Shown here one piece after another: positions 16,238 through 26,843 of a DNA stretch of 64,000 nucleotides. Numbering within the stretch: the first letter of the stretch is position 1; every line of letters begins with the position of its first letter. Both the position numbers and the translations under genes were made by a program. This DNA comes from an uncultured Bacillales bacterium. Its GTDB lineage: Bacteria; Bacillota_I; Bacilli_A; RF39; UBA660. Under the pieces are notes generated by a model that did not search any database, was not told the DNA's origin, and was given only the letters and a program-made list of their open reading frames with translations. The DNA lies in NCBI GenBank assembly GCA_946534345.1, contig CAMNCL010000001.1, forward strand, positions 16,485 to 80,484. The letters run 5' to 3'.

Positions 16238-17124
16238 AATGTGGATTTGTTAGTTTAGTAGGAAGACCTAATGTTGGTAAAAGTACTTTACTAAATAGTA
16301 TATTAGGTATGAAACTAGCAATCACTTCAAATGTCAGTGGTACTACCAGAAATGTTATTAGAGGTATTTATAATGATGAAGATTCTCAAATAATATTTGT
16401 AGACACTCCAGGAGTTCATAAACCTAAGAATAAACTAGGTAATGTAATGAATCGTAAAGCTTATAATAATACTGAAGGAGTAGACGTTATATTATTCTTA
16501 GTAGATATTTCTAAAGGTTTTGGTAAAGGAGATCAATTTGTCTTAGATAAGATAAAAGATAAAGGTGTACCAGTTTTCTTGCTTTTAAATAAGGTGGATT
16601 TGGTAAAGAATAAAGAAGTATTATTAGAAGAAATAACTAAGTTAAAAGAATTATATGATTTTGAAGAGATTATACCTATATCTGCATCTAAAAAGGATAA
16701 TATTAATGTTTTAATAGATTGTATAAAAGAAAAGTTAGATGATATGGATGCTATATACTCTGAAGAAGAATTAACTAATGTTTCTACTAGATTTATTATG
16801 GCAGAGTTTGTTAGAGAAAAAATATTAGAATTAACTCATGATGAAATACCTCATACAGTAACTTGTTATGTAGAAAACTATGAAGAAGATAAAGATAAAG
16901 TTCATATTCAGGTATTGATTGTTGTCGATAGAGAAAATATCAAAGGAATGATTATTGGTAAGAATGGATCTTTACTTAAAGAAGTAGGTACAAGAGCAAG
17001 ACTTGATATGGAGAAATTCTTAGGTAAAAAAGTATTCTTAGAAACATATGTTAAAACTATTAAGAATTGGCGTGATCAAGAAAAAATGATTCTTGAATTA
17101 GGTTTAAATGATGAGGATGAATAA
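16234..17124 (+). CDS. era: GTPase Era
   Basis: G1 GRPNVGKST, G3 DTPG, G4 NKVD, C-terminal KH domain (IIGKNGSLLK). ATGA overlap with cdd. Confidence 0.95.
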   Translation: MKCGFVSLVGRPNVGKSTLLNSILGMKLAITSNVSGTTRNVIRGIYNDEDSQIIFVDTPGVHKPKNKLGNVMNRKAYNNTEGVDVILFLVDISKGFGKGDQFVLDKIKDKGVPVFLLLNKVDLVKNKEVLLEEITKLKELYDFEEIIPISASKKDNINVLIDCIKEKLDDMDAIYSEEELTNVSTRFIMAEFVREKILELTHDEIPHTVTCYVENYEEDKDKVHIQVLIVVDRENIKGMIIGKNGSLLKEVGTRARLDMEKFLGKKVFLETYVKTIKNWRDQEKMILELGLNDEDE

Positions 17125-17127
17125 TAA

Positions 17128-17871
17128 ATGAAAATAGAAGATATAGAAGGACTAGTTTTAACTGAAACTAATTATTCAGAATCTAGTAAAATCTTAAATG
17201 TTTTAACAAAAGAACATGGACTTATAGGAGTTATATCTAAAGGATGCCGTAATATGAAGAGTAAGCTTCATGGAGTTAGTAGAAAACTAATTTATGGTAC
17301 TTTTCATATTTATTATAAAGAGAAAGGTTTATCTACTTTAATTGGTGTAGATGTAATAAATTCTTTTCCTAAAACTACAATTGATTTAGAAAAAGTATCT
17401 TATGCCTCTCTAATACTCGATTTAACTAATCAAGTAGTTAAACAAACTGATAGTGATGAAATACTTGAATTAGTTAAAGATACATTAGTTAAAATAGAAG
17501 AGGGATTAAATCCAATAGCTTTAACTAATATTTTAGAATTAAAACTATTAGATTATTTAGGAGTGGCTCCTAGTATAGATTGTTGTAGTCATTGTGGTAG
17601 TGATAAAGATATAGTTACTCTATCTAGTGATAGTGGTGGTTATATTTGTAGAGACTGTTATAATAATGAACCATTAGTTAGTGATAAAACTATTAAAATG
17701 ATTAGAATGTATTATTATGTAGATATTAAAAATATTACTAAGTTAGATGTTAGTGATGAAGTAACTAATGAGATTAATCAGTTCTTAGATGATTATTATG
17801 ATCGTTATACTGGACTTTATATGAAGAGTAAGAATTTTATTAAGAAGATAAATCAGATTAATAATAATTAA
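17128..17871 (+). CDS. recO: DNA repair protein RecO
   Basis: OB-fold N-terminus, Zn-finger CCSHCGS...CRDC, follows era. Confidence 0.85.
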   Translation: MKIEDIEGLVLTETNYSESSKILNVLTKEHGLIGVISKGCRNMKSKLHGVSRKLIYGTFHIYYKEKGLSTLIGVDVINSFPKTTIDLEKVSYASLILDLTNQVVKQTDSDEILELVKDTLVKIEEGLNPIALTNILELKLLDYLGVAPSIDCCSHCGSDKDIVTLSSDSGGYICRDCYNNEPLVSDKTIKMIRMYYYVDIKNITKLDVSDEVTNEINQFLDDYYDRYTGLYMKSKNFIKKINQINNN

Positions 17872-17916
17872 CTTTTCTTTTAATAAAAAATAATATATAA
17901 TAAATGTGGTGATAAT

Positions 17917-18234
17917 ATGATGAATTATATACAATATTTAATTATAATTGTAGTATTAGTAGTAATACTTTTAGCTATTTTAAAAGCTACTAAGAAAGAT
18001 GCTGGATTAGATTTTAATAAACTAGTTGAATTGTTAGGTGGTAGAGATAATATTATTAGTACTGAAACTAATATGTCTAGGTTTAAAGTTACTTTAAAAG
18101 ATGTTAGTAAGGCTAACAAAGAAGGTATTCAAAAATTAGGAGCTAAAGGAATAGTTGAAATAGATAATCAATTAAAGATTATTTTAGGTAATGAATCTAA
18201 GCACTTAAAGAAATATATAGATGAGATTAAATAA
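17917..18234 (+). CDS. membrane-anchored PTS EIIB(Glc)-like domain protein that lacks the phospho-Cys
   Basis: N-terminal TM (IIIVVLVVILLAIL). LLGGRDNIISTETNMSRFKVTLKD aligns by eye to the EIIB consensus LGG.eNI....hCaTRLRf.lkD, with Cys replaced by Met. Confidence 0.5.
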   Translation: MMNYIQYLIIIVVLVVILLAILKATKKDAGLDFNKLVELLGGRDNIISTETNMSRFKVTLKDVSKANKEGIQKLGAKGIVEIDNQLKIILGNESKHLKKYIDEIK

Positions 18235-18292
18235 ATCTTATCTTTTATTTTTAATGTTTTTTTGATATAATGAGCTAGTTAGAGGTGATCAG

Positions 18293-19009
18293 ATGGAAAG
18301 ATTACAAAAAGTTATAGCAGAAGCTGGTATAGCTTCTAGAAGAAAAGCAGAAGAATTAATAAAAAATGGTAAAGTAAAAGTAAATGGTGAAGTAATAACT
18401 ACTTTAGGTTTTAAAGTAAATAGTAGTGATAGAGTAGAAGTAAATGATAAATTAATTGAAAAAGAGGCTAAAGAATACTATTTATTAAATAAACCACGTG
18501 GAGTAATTACATCTACTAGTGATGATAAAGATAGAAAAGTAGTTACTGAATTAATAGATACTACTAGTAGAATATATCCGGTTGGAAGACTAGATTATGA
18601 TACTACAGGTGCTTTATTACTTACTAATGATGGAGTGTTTGCGAATATTGTGATGCATCCATCTACTAATATGGAAAAAGTATATTTAGCTAAACTAGAA
18701 GGTATAATTAAAGGTGAACAGATTAATAAACTAAAGAATGGTATTAAATTAGATAATAAATTAGTAAAAGCTAGTCGTGTTAAATTAAAAAAAGTAGATA
18801 ATACTACTAATAAATCTTTAGTTGAAATAACTATTCATGAAGGATTAAATCATCAAGTTAAGAGAATGTTTGAAAGTGTAGGTTTTCATGTTGAAAAATT
18901 AACTCGTGAAAGAATTGGAATCTTTGATGTTAAAAATCTTAAATCTGGAGAATATCGTAGATTAACACCTAAAGAAGTACAAATAATATATAGTTATAAA
19001 GACAAATAA
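18293..19009 (+). CDS. rluB: 23S rRNA pseudouridine synthase, RsuA/RluB family
   Basis: S4 domain (RLQKVIAEAGIASRRKAEELI), catalytic GRLDYDTTGALLLTNDG. Confidence 0.85.
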   Translation: MERLQKVIAEAGIASRRKAEELIKNGKVKVNGEVITTLGFKVNSSDRVEVNDKLIEKEAKEYYLLNKPRGVITSTSDDKDRKVVTELIDTTSRIYPVGRLDYDTTGALLLTNDGVFANIVMHPSTNMEKVYLAKLEGIIKGEQINKLKNGIKLDNKLVKASRVKLKKVDNTTNKSLVEITIHEGLNHQVKRMFESVGFHVEKLTRERIGIFDVKNLKSGEYRRLTPKEVQIIYSYKDK

Positions 19010-19033
19010 AAAGAACTTTTAAAGTTCTTTTTT
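19008..19033. terminator. bidirectional terminator between convergent rluB and the ferredoxin gene
   Basis: Perfect palindrome AAGAACTTT-T-AAAGTTCTT flanked by an A-run and a T-run. Confidence 0.75.
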
Positions 19034-19217
19034 ATGCTTCTTCAATAGCTCCTGTTGGACAACTTTCCATAGCTTCTTTTACATTATCAACTGATTCTTC
19101 AGGTACTTCAGAAACTTTTACTGAAGATAGACCTTCATCATTCATTTCAAATACATCATCTGCGATAGACATACAAGCTCCACATCCGATACAAGAATCA
19201 TTTACTTTTACTTTCAT
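19032..19217 (-). CDS. small ferredoxin (single Fe-S cluster type)
   Basis: Start taken at MKVKVNDS, with AGGAG upstream (the track start is 9 codons longer). CIGCGAC....CP cluster ligands. Confidence 0.85.
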   Translation of the reverse strand: MKVKVNDSCIGCGACMSIADDVFEMNDEGLSSVKVSEVPEESVDNVKEAMESCPTGAIEEA

Positions 19218-19357
19218 TATAATCACTCCTTTTGATATATTCATTATATCTTATAGATAATTATTATTCAATATTAATTTGCATTTACGTAAAGAAGTAT
19301 TTAAGACTTTTGTTTTATAATCTATTATGATAAAATTATTATAGGTAGGTGTATGGT

Positions 19358-20314
19358 ATGAAACGAATGGATCGATATCAAAACGAAGACATCTTAGAGA
19401 AAAATAATAGTAGATTAGCTAATAATCAAGAACTATATCATAATTTCTCAAGTAATGCGATTTATACTAATATAACTGATGTTACTAATGCTAATGCTTT
19501 TGAAATTAATAGTCAACCTGTAAATAATTCTCGTACTACTAGAGAAGCTTATCAACAAATGCAAAAGTATCAAACTGTAGAACCTATGCCTAAGAGTAAA
19601 AAAGAATTAGATGATGTTAATTATTTATCTCAAAAGAAAGAGAATAAAACATATGATATAAATAGTTTCTTAGAAGAAGCTAGACGCAATCGTACTGATA
19701 AAGATGATTTAGATGATAAAAGAAAATTAAAAAATAATGCTTATAATATTTTAGCAAGCATAAATAAAGAACAATTAGAAAAGTATCGTGAAGAAAAGAA
19801 AAATAGAGTTAGAACTCCTGAAGAAGAGGAACTTCATGATATTGCGGAAGATCTATTATCTAAAACAATGGCTGGAGAAATAGATGCAGAAACTACAGTG
19901 GATTTATTAAGTGATTTAATGGCTACTAGTTTATTAGATACAGTATCTGCAGCTGATGCTATTACAGAAGATACTGAAGTTACTAAAGAGAATGAAAAGG
20001 TAGAAGATAAAGATAATACTGATACAATAACTGCTACTATCACTACTGAAGAAATTACTGGTACTATTGATAATAATATAAATACTGAAGAAATAAAGAA
20101 AGCTTCTAGAAGTGAGAGAAATGCTAAAAATAGTTTTGATGCTAGAGATACAGATTTTTATACTAGAAGTATGGATTTATCAGACAAAGATTTTGATTTA
20201 GGTGCTGATTTTAGTGATAATAAATTACCATTAATTGTAAAAATAATTATTGCTATATTAATAATTGCTATCTTAGTGGTTGCTGCTTACTTTATATATC
20301 AAAGAATAAGTTAA
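19358..20314 (+). CDS. hypothetical acidic, low-complexity protein with a C-terminal TM anchor
   Basis: ATG 19358 (alternative GTG 19349). C-terminal LPLIVKIIIAILIIAILVVAAYFIY. No recognised domain. Confidence 0.5.
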   Translation: MKRMDRYQNEDILEKNNSRLANNQELYHNFSSNAIYTNITDVTNANAFEINSQPVNNSRTTREAYQQMQKYQTVEPMPKSKKELDDVNYLSQKKENKTYDINSFLEEARRNRTDKDDLDDKRKLKNNAYNILASINKEQLEKYREEKKNRVRTPEEEELHDIAEDLLSKTMAGEIDAETTVDLLSDLMATSLLDTVSAADAITEDTEVTKENEKVEDKDNTDTITATITTEEITGTIDNNINTEEIKKASRSERNAKNSFDARDTDFYTRSMDLSDKDFDLGADFSDNKLPLIVKIIIAILIIAILVVAAYFIYQRIS

Positions 20315-20380
20315 AAAAGATTAAGTTATAGTTCAACTTTTTCTTTTTTTTTGATATTATATATGTATGGTGGTGAAGTC

Positions 20381-21211
20381 ATGAATACTAATTTCATCGT
20401 AAATGATTATGTATTAATATGGAACTTGTTATTTCAAGCTTCAATTTCAGATAGTATATATAAATTAAAACAAAAAATATGGGATACATATAAAACAGAG
20501 TATAATAATACTTATCAAGATAAAGCTAGTATTATAGCTGATTATAAGAATTTTATTCCTAATGATGATACTGTTTATAATATATTATTAGAGAATAAAG
20601 TTTATGAAAAATTAAGAAAACAAGCAGATAAGTATCGTTTAGAAGTAATGCATATATGGGATAAAAATAAAAAAGAAACTAATTATTTTTATAAGAACAT
20701 CGCAAGATTAAAAGTAGCTAATCATACTATGTTTATTGTTAATAAAGAATTAAATATGATAGATTATCCTAGTCATAATTGTATGATTATTGGAAAAGAT
20801 ATTGATAAGAAGAATACTTTATTGATACTTTTAGATATTAATAAGAAAGTTTTATATAATAATATTAAGAGATATAAAGAAGGACAACATAGATATAAAG
20901 ATGCTATTGTAGAATTAGCTCTAAATGAATATGCTACTAGACTAACTGGAAGAAGTTTTTATCAAAGTGGTAAACCAGAATTATCTGCATTAAAGAGATG
21001 GTTATATCCATATTGGTTAATGTATTTAGGTGTACCTAAAGGAGAATTAGCTAATTATATGATGCGAGATAAAATAGTATTTGATTTAGAAAAATATGCT
21101 TATGAAAAAGAATTAAAGAAAATGAATATTGAAGAGTTTATTGATTTTTGTATTCGTAATCAAAGATATATCGTAAGGGAGAGGAAGACTAATCAAGTAG
21201 AAATATTATAA
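20381..21211 (+). CDS. hypothetical protein
   Basis: ATG 20381 after GGTGGTGAAG (the track start at 20351 is an upstream TTG). No recognised motif. Confidence 0.5.
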   Translation: MNTNFIVNDYVLIWNLLFQASISDSIYKLKQKIWDTYKTEYNNTYQDKASIIADYKNFIPNDDTVYNILLENKVYEKLRKQADKYRLEVMHIWDKNKKETNYFYKNIARLKVANHTMFIVNKELNMIDYPSHNCMIIGKDIDKKNTLLILLDINKKVLYNNIKRYKEGQHRYKDAIVELALNEYATRLTGRSFYQSGKPELSALKRWLYPYWLMYLGVPKGELANYMMRDKIVFDLEKYAYEKELKKMNIEEFIDFCIRNQRYIVRERKTNQVEIL

Positions 21212-21229
21212 TTCAACAGGAGGGTTAAT

Positions 21230-24200
21230 ATGGATGATAAAATTAGAATATTACTTGAAAAAATAAATATTGATGAGAATTCTTATCAATATTTTTCTAG
21301 TGCAGTTTTGTCAAAAATAAAGATTAATCCTAATAAAGATAGTTGGATAATTTATATTGATATAGATAATTTATTACCTATAGAAGTATTTGAAGAAGTT
21401 GAAAAGAATAAGAATTTATTAGATAAAAAGGCAAGTAGTATAGATATTATTTATAATGTTAAGTATAAGAAAAATACATTGTATAAAGATTATTATCCTT
21501 ATTTATTAAGTACTTTAAAGAAAGAATTAAAAGTACTTGAATTATATGAAGATTGTCTAGAACTAAGAGATGATAAATTAGTCTTAGTAGTAGCGAATGA
21601 AATAGAGAAGAAGAAGTTAGAAAAAGTACTTCCAAAGATTCATAGATTCTATAAAAAGATTAGTTATAATGAAGATATAGATATTATTGTTAATCATAAA
21701 GATGATATTAAAGAAGCTATTCAACATGAATTAGAAGATGTAGAAGTAAAAGTAGAAAAAAAGAAAGAAAAAGAACCTGTAAAAGAGACTAAACAATATA
21801 GAAGAACTCCAAAAGATGAGAATAGTATTTTTGGTGGAAAAGCTATTAAAGAAAGACCAATTAAGATTAAAACTATTATTGGTGAAGATGGAGATGTAGT
21901 AGTTGAAGCTAAAGTATTTGGAGTTGATTTCTTTGAATCTGCTAAGACTGACTTTAAGATTATTACTTTGAAAATTACTGATTTTTCTGACAGTATGTAT
22001 TGTAAATTATTTGTTAGAGATGAAGAAGAATATAATAGATTAAAGAAAGAATTAAAAGAAGGTAATTGGTATTTAATAAAGGGTTATACTAAGAATGATC
22101 CATATTCTAAAGAAATAGTTTTAAATGCTAGAGATATAGTTAAAATAGAAAAAGAAGAAGAAGAGATAAAAGATACAGCTGAAGTAAAAAGAGTAGAATT
22201 ACATGCACATAGTAAGATGAGTCAAATGGATGGAGTAGCTGATGAAACTGATTTAGTTAAAACAGCTATGAAATTTGGTATGAAAGCAGTCGCAATTACT
22301 GATCATAATGGCGTTCAAGGATTCCCACATGTCTTTAATATGGTAACAAGTCATAATAAAAAGTTGGCTGAGGGAGAAGAACCATTTAAAGCGATTTATG
22401 GAGCAGAACTTACTATGATTGATGACTCTGTAAATATAGTTTTAAGACCTACTGATAAAGTTATGTTAGAAGAGGAGTATGTTGTTTTTGACTTTGAAAC
22501 AACTGGTTTTAATGCTGGTGGAGAAGATTCTATTATTGAAATAGGTGCTGTAAAAATAAAAGATGGAGTTATTCAAGAAAGATATGATGAATTGATTAAT
22601 CCAGGAAGACCATTGCCTAAAAAGATAACAGAGTTGACAAATATCACAGATGAAATGTTAAAAGATAAAGATAATGAAGAGAATGCTGTTAAGAGATTCA
22701 TTGAATGGTTTGGAGATTTACCAATGGTTGCTCATAATGCTAAGTTTGATGTTTCTTTCTTAGAGATGGCTTATAATAAATATAATTTAGGAGAGTTTAA
22801 GAATCCAGTTATAGATACATTAGAATTATCCAGGACAATGGATACAGCTTATGCTAGACATAGTTTAAGTGCTTTAGTAAAAAGATATGAAGTACCTTGG
22901 GATGAAGATGCTCATCATAGAGGAGATTATGATGCCGAAGGAACAGCTTTAGTATTTCATAAGATGTTAAAGAAATTATCTAATCGTAATATAGAAAGAA
23001 TGAATGAATTAGATAAATTAGTTTCTCGTGAAAATATTCATAAATTTGGTCGTGCTCATCATATTAATATATTAGTTAAGAATAAAACAGGATTAAAGAA
23101 CTTATTTAAATTAGTTAGTTTAGCAAATACAACTTATCTATATAAAACACCTAGAATACTTAGAAGTGTAGTAGATGAACATAGAGAAGGATTATTAATA
23201 GGTAGTGGTTGTTACGAAAGTGAAGTATTCAACGAGGCTAAGTCTAAGAGTGATGAAGACTTATCTAATATTATTAGATTCTATGACTATGTAGAAGTTC
23301 AACCTATTGAGTGTTATGATCATTTAATTCAAACAGGGGACTTTGCTACTAAAGTAGAAGTTGCTGCTAATATTGAAAAGATTGTTAGAGTTACAGAAGA
23401 AGCAGGAAAAATAATAGTAGCTACTGGAGATGTTCATCATATAAAAAGAGATGATAAGATTTATCGAGAGATAATAGTTAATCAAAAAGTACCAGGTGGA
23501 GGAAGACATCCTCTTGCTAAAAGTAATATTACTAGTATTCCTTCAACTCATTTTAGAACTACAGATGAAATGCTAGATGATTTTAAGTTCTTAGGAGAAC
23601 AAAAGGCTTATGAAATAGTAGTTGAAAATACTAATAAAATTGCTGATATGTGTGAAATAGTAGAAGTAATTATTGATACTGGTGGTATTCCATTCTCTCC
23701 TAGAGTTAAATCAGATGATGGAAGTGAATATTTAGATTGTCCAGTTGTAGTTACTGATTTAGTTTATACAAAAGCAGCAGATTGGTATGGAGATCCACTA
23801 CCATATGCAATTGAAGAGAGAATTGCTACTGAATTATATGGTGATGTAGTATTTAAGATGATTAAAGAAGATTTAGAATCTAAAGGTATCTTTGGAGAAG
23901 ATTTAGATATAGAATCCCATGAAAGATTACATAATGAGATTTTAAAGGGATCAGATAATATTAAGAAATTAGTTAAAGAATATGTTAAGAAAAACAGTGA
24001 AGAGGAATTAGATGAAAAAGGATTAGAAAAAGCTACTAAGAAAGCTCTAGGAGGAGTTATTGGTGGAGGATTTGATCCGATTTATTTGATTGCTCAAAGA
24101 CTTGTTAAACACTCTAATGATGATGGTTATTTAGTAGGATCAAGAGGTTCTGTTGGATCTAGTTTTGTTGCTACTATGATGGGTATTACAGAAGTTAATC

Positions 24201-25840
24201 CATTGTCACCACATTATCGTTGTGCAAAATGTAAATTAAGTATTTTTGAAGATGAAAATGGTAGATCATTTGGAGCTGACTACTCTTCAGGATTTGATTT
24301 ACCTGATAAAGAATGTCCAAATTGTCATACTAAAATGATTAAAGATGGACAAGATATGCCATTCGCAACTTTCTTAGGATTTAATGCTGATAAAGTACCT
24401 GATATTGATTTGAATTTCTCTGATTTAAATCAAGCTAGTGCTCATGCTTACACTAAGGTTTTATTTGGTGAAAATAATGTATATCGTGCAGGAACTATTG
24501 GTACAGTAGCAGAAAAAACTGCTTATGGATTTGTAAAAGGATACTTAGAGGAAAAAGGTATTGATGATATGCGTAGTGCAGAGATTGAGAGACTAGCTAT
24601 GGGATGTACTGGTGTTAAAAGAACTACAGGACAACATCCAGGAGGAATAGTTGTTATTCCAGATTATATGGAAGTTTCTGATTTTACTCCATATCAATAT
24701 CCTGCAGATGATGTAAATGCGGAGTGGAAGACTACCCACTTTGATTATCACTCAATAGATCAATGTTTATTAAAATTAGATATTTTAGGACATTCTGATC
24801 CAACGCAATTAAGATTAATTCAGAATCAATCGGGAACAGATGTTTTAAATGTTCCATTAGATGATAAAGATACAATGAGTATATTTACTTCAACAGATGT
24901 TTTAGGTGTTACTAAAGAACAAATATTATGTAATACTGGTACATTAGGTATACCAGAGTTTGGTACACCATTCACAATAAAACTAGTTGAAGATACAAAA
25001 CCAACTACTTTTGGTGAATTAATTAAAATATCAGGATTATCTCATGGTACTGATGTTTGGTTAGGAAATGCACAAGAATTAATTCAAAATAATGTTGTTC
25101 CATTTAAAGATACAATTGGCTGTCGTGATGATATCATGGTTTACTTAATGTATAATGGAGTAGCTCCTATAAAAGCCTTTAAGATAATGGAGTTTGTCCG
25201 TAAGGGAAAAGCAAGTAAAGATCCTGATACTTGGAAAGAACATGTTAAAACTATGAAAGAAGCTAATATTCCAGAATGGTTTATAGAATCTTGTCGTAAG
25301 ATTAAATACATGTTCCCGAAAGCCCATGCCGCAGCTTATGTAATAAGTGCATTTAGAATAGCTTGGTATAAAGTACATATGCCAGTATATTTCTATTCTT
25401 CATGGTATTCATGTAAAGCAACTGATGTAGATGTTGAAAATATGATTAAAGGATATAAAGCTATAAAAGCTAGACTTGAAGATATTGAAGAAAAGGGTTA
25501 TGAAGCTACTAATAAAGAAAATGGTCAAGCTGAATCTTTAAAGGTAGCACTAGAGGCAACAGCTCGTGGAATAAAATTCTTAAATGTTGATTTATATGAA
25601 TCAGAAGCAACTACTTGGAAAACTAAAAATGATAAAGAGATTTATCCACCATTTAGTGCTATTGATGGACTAGGTGATACAGTTGCTAAAAAGATTGTTG
25701 AAGAGAGAGAAAAAGGTAAATTCTTAAGTATTGAAGATGTACAAAAAAGAGCTAAAGTATCTCAGACTTTAATAGATAAAATGAAAGAAATGGGAATACT
25801 TGAAGGATTACCTGATTCTAATCAATTATCACTTTTTTAA
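21230..25840 (+). CDS. polC: DNA polymerase III alpha subunit, PolC type
   Basis: 1536 aa. PHP (VELHAHSKMSQMDG), inserted DEDDh exonuclease (VVFDFETTG...HNAKFDVSFL...H.RGDYDA), Zn-finger CAKC...CPNCH, polymerase core (GGIVVIP, KLDILGH), C-terminal HhH. Confidence 0.97.
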   Translation: MDDKIRILLEKINIDENSYQYFSSAVLSKIKINPNKDSWIIYIDIDNLLPIEVFEEVEKNKNLLDKKASSIDIIYNVKYKKNTLYKDYYPYLLSTLKKELKVLELYEDCLELRDDKLVLVVANEIEKKKLEKVLPKIHRFYKKISYNEDIDIIVNHKDDIKEAIQHELEDVEVKVEKKKEKEPVKETKQYRRTPKDENSIFGGKAIKERPIKIKTIIGEDGDVVVEAKVFGVDFFESAKTDFKIITLKITDFSDSMYCKLFVRDEEEYNRLKKELKEGNWYLIKGYTKNDPYSKEIVLNARDIVKIEKEEEEIKDTAEVKRVELHAHSKMSQMDGVADETDLVKTAMKFGMKAVAITDHNGVQGFPHVFNMVTSHNKKLAEGEEPFKAIYGAELTMIDDSVNIVLRPTDKVMLEEEYVVFDFETTGFNAGGEDSIIEIGAVKIKDGVIQERYDELINPGRPLPKKITELTNITDEMLKDKDNEENAVKRFIEWFGDLPMVAHNAKFDVSFLEMAYNKYNLGEFKNPVIDTLELSRTMDTAYARHSLSALVKRYEVPWDEDAHHRGDYDAEGTALVFHKMLKKLSNRNIERMNELDKLVSRENIHKFGRAHHINILVKNKTGLKNLFKLVSLANTTYLYKTPRILRSVVDEHREGLLIGSGCYESEVFNEAKSKSDEDLSNIIRFYDYVEVQPIECYDHLIQTGDFATKVEVAANIEKIVRVTEEAGKIIVATGDVHHIKRDDKIYREIIVNQKVPGGGRHPLAKSNITSIPSTHFRTTDEMLDDFKFLGEQKAYEIVVENTNKIADMCEIVEVIIDTGGIPFSPRVKSDDGSEYLDCPVVVTDLVYTKAADWYGDPLPYAIEERIATELYGDVVFKMIKEDLESKGIFGEDLDIESHERLHNEILKGSDNIKKLVKEYVKKNSEEELDEKGLEKATKKALGGVIGGGFDPIYLIAQRLVKHSNDDGYLVGSRGSVGSSFVATMMGITEVNPLSPHYRCAKCKLSIFEDENGRSFGADYSSGFDLPDKECPNCHTKMIKDGQDMPFATFLGFNADKVPDIDLNFSDLNQASAHAYTKVLFGENNVYRAGTIGTVAEKTAYGFVKGYLEEKGIDDMRSAEIERLAMGCTGVKRTTGQHPGGIVVIPDYMEVSDFTPYQYPADDVNAEWKTTHFDYHSIDQCLLKLDILGHSDPTQLRLIQNQSGTDVLNVPLDDKDTMSIFTSTDVLGVTKEQILCNTGTLGIPEFGTPFTIKLVEDTKPTTFGELIKISGLSHGTDVWLGNAQELIQNNVVPFKDTIGCRDDIMVYLMYNGVAPIKAFKIMEFVRKGKASKDPDTWKEHVKTMKEANIPEWFIESCRKIKYMFPKAHAAAYVISAFRIAWYKVHMPVYFYSSWYSCKATDVDVENMIKGYKAIKARLEDIEEKGYEATNKENGQAESLKVALEATARGIKFLNVDLYESEATTWKTKNDKEIYPPFSAIDGLGDTVAKKIVEEREKGKFLSIEDVQKRAKVSQTLIDKMKEMGILEGLPDSNQLSLF

Positions 25841-25895
25841 AAAACTTTGCGTATTTTATTAATATATGTTATTCTTACAGTAGGAGTGTGATTAT

Positions 25896-26714
25896 ATGGG
25901 ATGGGTAGGATTAAATCCGGAAAAAGCAAAAAATAATATTAATCATTTTTTTGAAGAAGGTGAACATGCTGCAGTAAGGTTAGGAACAGCTTTTACTTAT
26001 TTATCAGATCAATTAAAGATTAATTGGGCTTCTCCAAACGCTGTAAGTTTTGGTCAAGCTACAACACCACAAGTTTCTGGTATAATGGATGATTTTTGTC
26101 ACTTGATTTATGATATTTGTTGTTCAGCAACAAATGCTTATAATGCAGTTGCTGCATCACAAGGAGAGACATCAATTGGATTTGATAGAAGTGTTAGTAC
26201 ATTTGCAATTGAATTTGATTTAAGTGATAACAAAAATGGAAATGTTGGAATGGAAATGCGTGTTATTAGGGATTATGTTATTCCAGAGTTTAATAAATTA
26301 ATAAAAGATGCAATAACAGACATTGAAAGTCTTCCTACAGAAATAGCTTTGTATGATGATGAAGATTCACAACAACATTATTTTCAAACAGGAATAAAAG
26401 CCTTTGGTCAACGCGTAACTGCGACTGTTGAAGATATTAATGGAAAAATAACCGATGAATGTGAAAGAGAAATGGGTAGTACTAATCTTGGTGTTAAAAA
26501 ATCTGAAGAAGAATTATCAGGTATTGGTACACATGGATCTGGCGGAGAAGGACATTCTGGAGGTGCTGGTGGTGGATATACCATCAGAACTGGAGGCGGA
26601 CAAAAATCTTCAAATGGCGGATATCACATCGAAAGTGGTAGTGGTGAAAGAACTCCAGATGGTGGATATCATATTGAAGATGGAGGAGGCTACTCTGGCG
26701 GAGGTAACAAATAA
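25896..26714 (+). CDS. hypothetical protein: helical N-terminal domain with a WXG-like W-x-S-x-x-A-x-x-F motif and a Gly/Tyr/His-rich C-terminal repeat
   Basis: KINWASPNAVSFGQ near residue 45. C-terminus GGGYTIRTGGG...GGYHIESGSG...GGYHIEDGGGYSGGGNK. No signal peptide. Confidence 0.5.
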   Translation: MGWVGLNPEKAKNNINHFFEEGEHAAVRLGTAFTYLSDQLKINWASPNAVSFGQATTPQVSGIMDDFCHLIYDICCSATNAYNAVAASQGETSIGFDRSVSTFAIEFDLSDNKNGNVGMEMRVIRDYVIPEFNKLIKDAITDIESLPTEIALYDDEDSQQHYFQTGIKAFGQRVTATVEDINGKITDECEREMGSTNLGVKKSEEELSGIGTHGSGGEGHSGGAGGGYTIRTGGGQKSSNGGYHIESGSGERTPDGGYHIEDGGGYSGGGNK

Positions 26715-26765
26715 GAATTTTCGGAATTTAGAGAAACCCTTTAGACCTTTCAATAAGTTAAATAT

Positions 26766-26793
26766 AAAACATAGCTTAGTCTATGTTTTTTTT
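26766..26793 (+). terminator. intrinsic terminator
   Basis: AAAACATAG-CTTAGT-CTATGTTTT followed by a T-run. Confidence 0.75.
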
Positions 26794-26843
26794 AAATTGA
26801 AAAATAGTTTAGTATATTTTATAATAAATATAGAGGTGATCGT

